Source: an uncultured Anaerolineales bacterium (GTDB lineage: Bacteria; Chloroflexota; Anaerolineae; Anaerolineales; E44-bin32). From it: a stretch of DNA of 64,000 nt. The translations under genes were made by a program, and so were the position numbers. Below are positions 29,050-35,950 of this stretch, piece after piece. Every line of letters begins with the position of its first letter. Within the stretch, counting starts at the first letter, position 1. Where the stretch lies: NCBI GenBank assembly GCA_965195195.1, contig CBDAFF010000057.1:16074-80073 (forward strand), read 5' to 3'. The notes beneath the pieces were generated by a model. That model was given only the letters and a program-made list of their open reading frames with translations. It did not search any database and was not told the origin of the DNA.

Positions 29050-31181
29050 CGTCTGAACCATAGATAGAGAAGGAGAAGCAATCCGACGATGGAAATCGCG
29101 ATCCCAAACATGAGGGTTGTCGGAAAGAACTGGAAAATGACTTCGTGCTCTCCTGGTTCTAATTTAACGGCTCGAAACAAACCATTCACCGTGATGAGCG
29201 TAGACGGTTCTCCGTCGACGAGCACTCGCCAACCAGGGTAGGCTACCTCACTCAAAACAACGACCCCCGGCCCAGCCGCTTGCAGCTGGATCCAATTCGG
29301 TGTCCACTGCGTGATCGTGATCGGTTGCCAATCGAGGCCGTTCCCCGAACTCTCCCTCTCGATCCAGGACCTGGTCCTCGACCCTTCGAGCTGGTAGAGA
29401 TAGACGCCATCGACAATCCCAGAAGGGGTGAGTGAGTTATCCTCGAGGGGATAATCCGAAGCGATCCATTCGACGTTCAGCCTACCGAGCGCTTCCCCAT
29501 TCACCTGGAAATCCCACGGTGTGCTGGGATTGCCATCCGGGAAGGATGGCAAGGTAACATCATAGGCTCCTGCATCCAGCCCCACAGCAGTTTCCATGTA
29601 ATGGCGATAGGTTGAAAGCTGCAATGGGTTGACGCCATCGGCGAGTTCCACTCCGTTTAATACAGCCTGAGGCTGGGGCACACTATAAGATGGGGAAAAA
29701 ACACGGGTGGTGCCATGCTCCGATTGCAGAGAGCTGGCTAATCCGGAACGGTCTGAAAGGACTTCGTCCGTCGAAATCGGCTGGATGAGTCCGACGTTGA
29801 TCCAGAGAAGATCGACGACCACAACTCCGATAATCAGGGGGATAATTCTCCGCAGAGAGATTCGGTCGGCGATGAAGATGCTTATCAGCGCGAAAACAAG
29901 CATAGCTGTGATTATGGGGCCAAGTTGACGAATGGAGTCCACCCCGCCGATGATCCCTATCCCAATATTTACAGCCAGTATGAGACATATTGTCGCAAAC
30001 AACCAGATCTTCACGCCTCTAGTTTTTATTTCGCCAGCGTTGGAAATCAAAGTATCGAGACCGTAACCAGCGAGGAAGGCCCAACCAAGCGCGCTGATAA
30101 ATAGGAAACGGGCAGGCACGCGTAGAACATCCGCCCCAGGGATGGCGCTAATAAGCTCATAAAACGGAGTCGCAGGTCCCAGCGCGAGGAGGGTTGAGAA
30201 AAACGATACACCGATCCAGAACCAGGGGCGACTGCCGGGATTGAGCATTGCGAGGACAGAGATGACCAAAACGGTTGCCCCGAAATACGCCAGCCATTCG
30301 GGCGTCCCATCCAGAATTGAGATTGTCCCTAACAGCCCTTCAAGCGGGAGCGAAAAGATTGCCCGTTCGTTCGCACTGATGCCGCTGCGTGTGGATTCCC
30401 GCAGGAATTCCCACAATGGCAGCCCCAAACACGCGGCGATCGCTGCCGCAAATACGCCGGCCACCACTCCAGCGAGCGCGATCCTGCGCAAGTTCTTCAG
30501 CCCAGTCTGCCGGTCACGAAGTGTGTTGCGTATTCCATACGCCGCAGCAAATCCAATCAAAGGGATCGACCAACGCGGATCGGCACGGAATACGAGACCC
30601 AGAACCGCCCCAGTCAGGGCGCTCCATTTCAGCCACGATTGCTCGGTCCGGATTTGACGCAGAGTCTTTGCCGTAAGCAGGAGAACCCAGGGTGTCCAGC
30701 TTACCGCGCTGACCAGCCCTACATGCCCGAGGGCGATGTGGGCAACGAACTTCGGCGCGCCTCCAAACACGATGCCCGCGAGTACAGCCCCCCACTTGCT
30801 CAACCCCTCCTCTCGGGCAAGCGCCCAGGCCCCCAAACCCGCCCAGGTGAGATGCAACCAGAAGAGGATGTTAAAAGACATCGCGCCCGGAAAAGCTACC
30901 GCCAGCCAATTTGGCAGGTACCAGAGTCCGGAAAGCGGGTCCGCCGCGAAAGGAATTCCGGACAGGATATTTGGATTCCAGAGGGGGATCTGCCCCCACT
31001 CAGCGATCGATTGCTGGATCCAGACGGCGTTCGGCCAGTGAGAAATCAGCAGATCGCTGAACGCCGCGCCCGGCCAGAACGGCACATGCTGAGGCTGTAA
31101 TGTGAGCGGCATGATCCATAACGCGCCGGCAATTGCCATCACGAGAAGGGTCAACAACCACTCACGCGATTTAGTGCTCAT
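29046..31181 (-). CDS. YfhO-like giant polytopic membrane protein B (GT-C-type glycosyltransferase candidate)
   Basis: QIPLWNPNILSGIPFAADP near the N-terminus. C-terminal YPGWRVLVDGEPSTLITVNGLFRAVKLEPGEHEVIFQF plus a terminal TM helix. ATGA overlap with gene A. Confidence 0.6.
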   Translation of the reverse strand: MSTKSREWLLTLLVMAIAGALWIMPLTLQPQHVPFWPGAAFSDLLISHWPNAVWIQQSIAEWGQIPLWNPNILSGIPFAADPLSGLWYLPNWLAVAFPGAMSFNILFWLHLTWAGLGAWALAREEGLSKWGAVLAGIVFGGAPKFVAHIALGHVGLVSAVSWTPWVLLLTAKTLRQIRTEQSWLKWSALTGAVLGLVFRADPRWSIPLIGFAAAYGIRNTLRDRQTGLKNLRRIALAGVVAGVFAAAIAACLGLPLWEFLRESTRSGISANERAIFSLPLEGLLGTISILDGTPEWLAYFGATVLVISVLAMLNPGSRPWFWIGVSFFSTLLALGPATPFYELISAIPGADVLRVPARFLFISALGWAFLAGYGLDTLISNAGEIKTRGVKIWLFATICLILAVNIGIGIIGGVDSIRQLGPIITAMLVFALISIFIADRISLRRIIPLIIGVVVVDLLWINVGLIQPISTDEVLSDRSGLASSLQSEHGTTRVFSPSYSVPQPQAVLNGVELADGVNPLQLSTYRHYMETAVGLDAGAYDVTLPSFPDGNPSTPWDFQVNGEALGRLNVEWIASDYPLEDNSLTPSGIVDGVYLYQLEGSRTRSWIERESSGNGLDWQPITITQWTPNWIQLQAAGPGVVVLSEVAYPGWRVLVDGEPSTLITVNGLFRAVKLEPGEHEVIFQFFPTTLMFGIAISIVGLLLLLYLWFRR

Positions 31182-32755
31182 TCGGAATTTACCTTATAGA
31201 GTCGGACCTTGCCAAACTCACCGATCCGTTCGAGTTCTGCAAGCCATGCTGGATTCCCGATCTCCTGCTCGCGTGGGCCGTAGAAGACGTACTCAATCCC
31301 ACACTCGATCAGCGTTTGCATGCCTGAAGACGCAGCTCCACTCGTGTTAAATAATTCTTCCACTTTCTGTTTTTGGGCGTCCGCATCCGGCGTCTCGAAG
31401 GGATGACCGTAGAGAACGCGTAAAGAGGCGAACGCCGGTATACGATTTCCAGTCTCCGGCGCCGCGAGGATGAGCGCCCCCTGTGGCAGGCTCTCCGCCG
31501 CCCATTGGTACGCCGTTAATTCATCCCCGTAATGAATCACGGCGGGCTTGCCCTGTGTCACACCGAGCAGCCCGGCGGACACAACAAGCAGATTTGAGGG
31601 TATGACGAGAAGAATGAGGATCACGGTTAGAAGATGAGACCGGGAAAATTTCGAAGTGAGTGAAACCCATCCGAGCCCCGCTAACGCGGCCATTGGGAAG
31701 AAAAGTCCGAGCGATAAGCGCCTCTGAAACGGGACTGGTATGTAAAGCAGGATTACACCGCTCACAAGCCAGGATAACAGCAGACGCCCCTCTTTCGTCT
31801 GTGCGGGTTTCGCACGCCAGATTCCAACCACCGCCAGGATCAAGACCAACCCATACCCTAATATGTAATTCAGAGGCGGTGGTGAGAGCGTTTGGTTCTG
31901 GAGATTCCAGGCTGAGATCACCGGATGTACCCGGCTGACCCAGAAATCATAGAGGAGCCACGGAGCCGCTCCGGCAACCAACCCCAGGAGTGGGGTGAGA
32001 TTGGGAAGCGCCCATTGCTTTAATGCACTCGAGCCATTCTTACGAGAATGCAGGATCGCTTCCCAGATATACCAGGTGAAACCTGCAGCGAAGAGGCTTA
32101 GCGCGGAGAAAGGCAGCACCGCTCCGATGACCGTTCCGCATAGAACGGCAAGTGCCAGACGAAGTCCCGGCCGGTCTTGCAGCAGGAGAATGACCAGGAT
32201 CCCTCCCAGAAATGCGGCCGCGGCAAGTGGGAAATGGGCATTTCCGTAGGCGACGAGAAAGGGAATCGATTCGGGGATCATGAGATCACTGGGCTGAAGA
32301 TCAAACAGCGGGGCTGTCAGCCAACCCAGACCTGATCCAAAGAGGGTGAGCAGGAGCGCGCTGCGCCTCGCACTTCTCTCCGGGAGTGCTGCTTGAAATA
32401 ACACAGTTACGAGCGTGAACATCAGTGCAGCGCCGATAACCCTGACAGCGTGAAAGACAACGATCGCTGGGATTCCGGTCCAGCGTGAGAGATGGCCAAG
32501 GAACAGATGGTAGACGAAAAGGAATGTGCCTGGTCCCGGCTCCTCAGCGTAAGGCAGTGAGAACAACCAGGAACCGTCTGCGCCCTGCTTCATTTTAGCG
32601 AGATAGGAGAAACCGTCGAGCGGGTTCAGTAAGAACCCCGTGAAGACCGTCCCCGAAGGAGCGGTTGAATTGGCGATAAACATTGGAATCAGGCTGAGCG
32701 TCAGAGCGGCTATGATCCAGCCGGCGGCGCCTTTCCATGATTTGGGCATCTTCAT
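31178..32755 (-). CDS. polytopic membrane protein A (GT-C-like candidate), first gene of the membrane-protein operon
   Basis: FTGFLLNPLDGFSYLAKMKQG in the first loop, at least 10 TM helices, and a C-terminal soluble domain shared with A'. The ATG at 32755 is preferred over the TTG at 32761. Confidence 0.6.
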   Translation of the reverse strand: MKMPKSWKGAAGWIIAALTLSLIPMFIANSTAPSGTVFTGFLLNPLDGFSYLAKMKQGADGSWLFSLPYAEEPGPGTFLFVYHLFLGHLSRWTGIPAIVVFHAVRVIGAALMFTLVTVLFQAALPERSARRSALLLTLFGSGLGWLTAPLFDLQPSDLMIPESIPFLVAYGNAHFPLAAAAFLGGILVILLLQDRPGLRLALAVLCGTVIGAVLPFSALSLFAAGFTWYIWEAILHSRKNGSSALKQWALPNLTPLLGLVAGAAPWLLYDFWVSRVHPVISAWNLQNQTLSPPPLNYILGYGLVLILAVVGIWRAKPAQTKEGRLLLSWLVSGVILLYIPVPFQRRLSLGLFFPMAALAGLGWVSLTSKFSRSHLLTVILILLVIPSNLLVVSAGLLGVTQGKPAVIHYGDELTAYQWAAESLPQGALILAAPETGNRIPAFASLRVLYGHPFETPDADAQKQKVEELFNTSGAASSGMQTLIECGIEYVFYGPREQEIGNPAWLAELERIGEFGKVRLYKVNSE

Positions 32756-32832
32756 TGCCAAACATTGTACGTCGAGCTTGTGCAGTATGCCATCCGTACC
32801 TTGCGGTGACAGCCGTGAACCCTCAATAATCG
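32756..32832. repeat. left copy of an ~78-bp direct repeat (41-bp exact core at 32779-32819) carrying divergent promoter-like boxes
   Basis: The core TGTGCAGTATGCCATCCGTACCTTGCGGTGACAGCCGTGAA is identical at 35185-35225, and the flanks align with scattered mismatches. It contains a minus-facing TACAAT (32764-32769), 8 nt from the gene A ATG, and a plus-facing TTGCGG-N18-AATAAT (32801-32830). Confidence 0.85.
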
Positions 32833-32875
32833 CCGTTAGAATACTCTGTTCGTATCACCTCCCTAGAATCAATGC

Positions 32876-32903
32876 AGGCCACGAAATGTGGCCTTCTTTA
32901 TTT
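32876..32903 (+). terminator. terminator-like hairpin in the divergent intergenic region
   Basis: AGGCCAC-gaaat-GTGGCCT followed by TCTTTATTT. Confidence 0.4.
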
Positions 32904-33070
32904 ATAGGATATAGCCTGACAGCGGGGGTCTCAGATTTGAGGGGGATTAGAGGTTCTTTCTAGTTTGGGGGCGATGGTTTGTTCTATTGAAGTACTCTCG
33001 AATGTGCTGTATTATGTTAAGTACGTCACACACATGCCTCGAGGCGGGAGCTTATACCATCTGTCATCGT

Positions 33071-33100
33071 GCCCGACCTCAACTGAGGTTGGGCTTTTTT
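33071..33100 (+). terminator. strong intrinsic terminator/attenuator immediately upstream of the lipoprotein gene Shine-Dalgarno
   Basis: GCCCGACCTCA-ac-TGAGGTTGGGC (11 bp including one G-U) followed by TTTTTT. GAAGGAGGAAG and the ATG at 33124 follow. Confidence 0.6.
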
Positions 33101-33123
33101 ATTGAAGGAGGAAGACCGTTAAA

Positions 33124-33636
33124 ATGAAGTTGTTTCTTCTGATTGCTTTTTCCCTGATTGCCGCCTGTACAACCACGCAGCCTGAGCCAACCTCAACTCC
33201 GTTGCCACCCACTGATACTTCGATACCACCGACCCAGGTATCTCAGCCAATTGAGGTCACATTTGATGGAAAAGGGTGCACTGTTACAGGTCCGACTGAA
33301 TTACCAGTGGGAGAACATCAATTTGTTTTCATAGACCTGGTTGAGAATAATGAGGATTCGTTTCATGCAGATTTGTATGTACAAAATTACAGCGATGGTA
33401 AAACATTACAGGATTACCTTGATTATCAAGGTGAACCTGGGAAGTATTTTAAAGATCCACCTTGGGCAATACGTGTTACAAAGAGAGGAATAGAGTGGAA
33501 TGAATCGATAGAAGGAAAAATATACACCTTTCTCCTAAATGAAGCAGGGGAACATGTTATCTTGATGCTTGAAAACTCTCCACTAGGCGTTTGGATCTGC
33601 GCTCCACTATGGGTAATAGAAGCTCCTTCTGAATAG
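33124..33636 (+). CDS. hypothetical lipoprotein (orphan)
   Basis: Signal peptide with lipobox MKLFLLIAFSLIAAC, a Thr/Pro-rich linker, and an AGGAGG Shine-Dalgarno. Visibly more AT-rich than its neighbours. Confidence 0.7.
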   Translation: MKLFLLIAFSLIAACTTTQPEPTSTPLPPTDTSIPPTQVSQPIEVTFDGKGCTVTGPTELPVGEHQFVFIDLVENNEDSFHADLYVQNYSDGKTLQDYLDYQGEPGKYFKDPPWAIRVTKRGIEWNESIEGKIYTFLLNEAGEHVILMLENSPLGVWICAPLWVIEAPSE

Positions 33637-33666
33637 ATTTCGAATATTGAAAATAGCCAAGGTAGC

Positions 33667-33699
33667 CCCCGACTCGCAAAGGGTCGGGGTTTTGCTTTG
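33667..33699 (+). terminator. intrinsic terminator, copy 1 of a conserved hairpin family
   Basis: CCCCGACTC-GCAAA-GGGTCGGGG followed by TTTTGCTTTG. Confidence 0.7.
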
Positions 33700-33825
33700 C
33701 CCTCGCCCTTAGCGGGGGCTGCGTGGTTAAGAGTATCCCAGCCAAGGTAGGACGGTTAGCCTCTTGAATCCCGAATCTGAACGGTGTAATCTTTAACTAG
33801 TTCCTCAGCAAGAAAGCAGGATGTC

Positions 33826-34206
33826 ATGAGCAACAAACGCTTTGTGGAAATCAACAATCGGGTTTATGCAATTCAAAACTGGCATCTTAGGCAAAATGAA
33901 TTTGATGTTGTGCTTCTCGACCCACTTGATACGCAAGAGCTGGGAAAGCATTCGGAGCTTTCCAAACAAGGATTATCAGACGAACGTATCTATAATGCTC
34001 TCTATCCAAGAGTTGAAATAAAACCTAAAAAGAAAATCCTTATTGATATTGACGTGTTGACCAAGGATCAACTGATACATTTAATTCGTGCTGAACTGAA
34101 TATATCCGTGCCATCGCTCATGTATATGAATACAGATGATTTACAGGAACTCTATTTGGCTATAAGCGCTACATCAGGCTTCCCCAATTACGAATATCTT
34201 AACTAG
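33826..34206 (+). CDS. hypothetical cytoplasmic protein (orphan, AT-rich)
   Basis: 126-aa ORF with no signal peptide and no motif I recognise. It is followed by its own terminator copy. Confidence 0.5.
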   Translation: MSNKRFVEINNRVYAIQNWHLRQNEFDVVLLDPLDTQELGKHSELSKQGLSDERIYNALYPRVEIKPKKKILIDIDVLTKDQLIHLIRAELNISVPSLMYMNTDDLQELYLAISATSGFPNYEYLN

Positions 34207-34221
34207 TTGCATACAACTTTC

Positions 34222-34252
34222 CCCCGCCTCGCAAGGGTCGGGGTTTTGCTTT
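34222..34252 (+). terminator. intrinsic terminator, copy 2 of the conserved hairpin family
   Basis: CCCCGCCTC-GCAA-GGGTCGGGG (one mismatch) followed by TTTTGCTTTG. Confidence 0.6.
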
Positions 34253-34330
34253 GACCCCGCTGCTGCTCAACAATGCAGGGGTTTTGTTGTAAGATGTTCC
34301 TAGCATTTCTCTCAACCAAGGAGTGTAAAG

Positions 34331-34933
34331 ATGCAAAAGGCCCCATACATCATTTTATTTCTCATCCTCGCCCTCGCTGTAACCGGTTGTGGTTCGTCAC
34401 AACCAGCGCCGACCAACATTACGCCAGGATTAGACCAGGCTACGCCAACCCCCACTTCGGTGGCATCACAACCGCTAATCACCCCTACAATAACTACGTC
34501 TTTGTGTACTTCCCTTATGGGAGAATTAGAGGTGCGGGTGCTGGTCGGACCAGCTGAAGCAGTGGGATTAGAGCCGCATTCTGTTGGCTCCATACCCTTT
34601 GCTGTGACAGTCGACGAAGCACCGTATCTTGTTCAGGGATCAGGGCAGCTTACGTATGCAGACATATTGGTAGAAGAATGGGGATCATATGAGGTCGATC
34701 TCTTCATGAATACCACAATCAATGGTGAGTGTGTAGACACAGGAGACAGTGGAGAACTACACCTAAATGTCGAGATGGCAGGGACGCAAATGGTTGAGGT
34801 TATTGCGGATAATTTTCACGGGGAATACCCGTGGGAGGGTACTGTTCCATTCGATCTTATCTTTCCGCTTGTGGAAGGTGCCTCAATGGAAGGAGAAGGC
34901 TGGGCATTTACTCTTCATCTGCTCGTGGAATAG
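34331..34933 (+). CDS. hypothetical lipoprotein (orphan)
   Basis: Lipobox LILALAVTGC, a Pro/Thr-rich linker, and an AGGAG Shine-Dalgarno. Confidence 0.7.
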   Translation: MQKAPYIILFLILALAVTGCGSSQPAPTNITPGLDQATPTPTSVASQPLITPTITTSLCTSLMGELEVRVLVGPAEAVGLEPHSVGSIPFAVTVDEAPYLVQGSGQLTYADILVEEWGSYEVDLFMNTTINGECVDTGDSGELHLNVEMAGTQMVEVIADNFHGEYPWEGTVPFDLIFPLVEGASMEGEGWAFTLHLLVE

Positions 34934-35038
34934 CGACGAGGCGAGTTCATTCGTATTTTGTTAGGCGGATAAACTCCTTTCTAATGAATGAGTAAAAAAA
35001 ATCCGAAGAGAACCTGCATAACCATACGCTACAATTGC

Positions 35039-35070
35039 CCCCGATCTCGCAAAGGGTCGGGGTTTTTTCT
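35039..35070 (+). terminator. intrinsic terminator, copy 3 of the conserved hairpin family
   Basis: CCCCGATCTC-GCAAA-GGGTCGGGG followed by TTTTTTCTTCTT. Confidence 0.65.
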
Positions 35071-35162
35071 TCTTCGTGCGGAAATCAGCGCAGAAAACAG
35101 TGTAGAAAACGAGTCTCCCAATAGTTTCCACGGATATACCAATATCCTCCCCTTCCTCCTTC

Positions 35163-35240
35163 GCCAAACAATGTATGTCGATCCTGTGCAGTATGCCATC
35201 CGTACCTTGCGGTGACAGCCGTGAAACATCTATAATCGCA
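35163..35240. repeat. right copy of the ~78-bp direct repeat (41-bp exact core at 35185-35225)
   Basis: Same orientation as the copy at 32756-32832, and the cores are 2406 bp apart. Confidence 0.85.
35207..35236 (+). promoter_or_regulatory. promoter TTGCGG-N18-TATAAT placed for a leaderless transcript of the zinc-ribbon/NACHT operon
   Basis: A consensus TATAAT at 35231-35236 ends 6 nt before the ATG at 35243. There is no Shine-Dalgarno between them. Confidence 0.55.
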
Positions 35241-35242
35241 CT

Positions 35243-35944
35243 ATGAGCCGGGTCTCAAGTTTATTCCGATTGCAAGAGCTGGACCTCCAAATAAGCCGCA
35301 GCCACGAACGCATTGCAGAAATTGACATACTGCTGGCGGATGATGAGGAGGTCACAGCGGCGCGCGCAGACGTAGAAAACAAGGAAGAACAGTTAGCCGC
35401 AGCAAGGCTCGCAAATTCAAGCGCCGAGCACGCGGTCGAATCGCAGCGCGCCAAGATCGACAATACACATAAAGCGCTGTACGGCGGCAGCGTCACCAAC
35501 CCCAAAGAGCTCGAGGATTTGCAGTTAGAATCCGAATCGCTGAAACGCTACCTCGACACGCTGGAGGACCGCCTGCTTGAAAAAATGGTCGCCCTCGAAG
35601 AAGCCGAGCTCAAGCATGCTCAAGCCAGCCAAAAGCTGACTGAACTTATCGCCAAAAAAAGCGGCGAGAACGAACTTCTGACGGCAGATCGCCTTGATCT
35701 GCTCTCAACGATCGAGCGCACTACAACTGAAAGGGAAGCAGCGCTCAGCAACATCAACGCCGAGGACCTGAAAACCTACGAAAAATTCCGAGAGCGTTTC
35801 GGCGGAGTAGCGCTGGCTCTCCTTACTAGCGGCAGCTGCGGCGTTTGTGGCGTGGACCTTGCAAGGTCAAAAGAACAGGATATCCGCAGCGGTAACACGC
35901 TGATATATTGTGATCAATGCGGTCGTATACTCTATGCAGGATAA
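35243..35944 (+). CDS. coiled-coil protein with a C-terminal C4 zinc ribbon (COG1579-like)
   Basis: Heptad-rich, Glu/Leu-rich body. C-terminal CGVCGVDL...CDQCGRILY (two CxxC pairs). Confidence 0.7.
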   Translation: MSRVSSLFRLQELDLQISRSHERIAEIDILLADDEEVTAARADVENKEEQLAAARLANSSAEHAVESQRAKIDNTHKALYGGSVTNPKELEDLQLESESLKRYLDTLEDRLLEKMVALEEAELKHAQASQKLTELIAKKSGENELLTADRLDLLSTIERTTTEREAALSNINAEDLKTYEKFRERFGGVALALLTSGSCGVCGVDLARSKEQDIRSGNTLIYCDQCGRILYAG

Positions 35945-35950
35945 CACTCG

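Noticed and set aside
32640-32963. 107-aa plus-strand ORF spanning the start of membrane gene A and the left repeat copy.
   Set aside because: It overlaps the gene A start on the opposite strand, runs through the promoter-like repeat and the 32876 hairpin, and has no Shine-Dalgarno. I treat the region as non-coding.
32930-32990. Resemblance of AGAGGTTCTTTCTAG to the preQ1-I riboswitch core, and of GGCGATGG to the start of the fluoride (crcB) riboswitch.
   Set aside because: The complementary P1 strand (CCUCU) and A-rich tail of preQ1-I are missing. The AACCGCC and GAUGAUGCCUAC elements of the fluoride motif are also absent, and the downstream gene is an orphan lipoprotein, not a queuosine or fluoride gene.
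33124-35070. Idea that the three small genes, each with a conserved hairpin, form an integron-like cassette array.
   Set aside because: There is no intI integrase or attI in the window. The hairpins are 8-9-bp GC stems followed by T-tracts, which is typical of intrinsic terminators. They are far shorter than attC sites, and each gene has its own Shine-Dalgarno and spacing.
34961-35229. Short ORFs in the spacer before the right repeat copy (34961-35167 minus, 34988-35215 plus, 35029-35229 minus).
   Set aside because: They overlap each other and cross the 35039-35070 terminator hairpin, with no Shine-Dalgarno. The minus-strand ORF begins where the repeat copies the gene A start region, so it is probably a remnant of the duplication rather than a gene.
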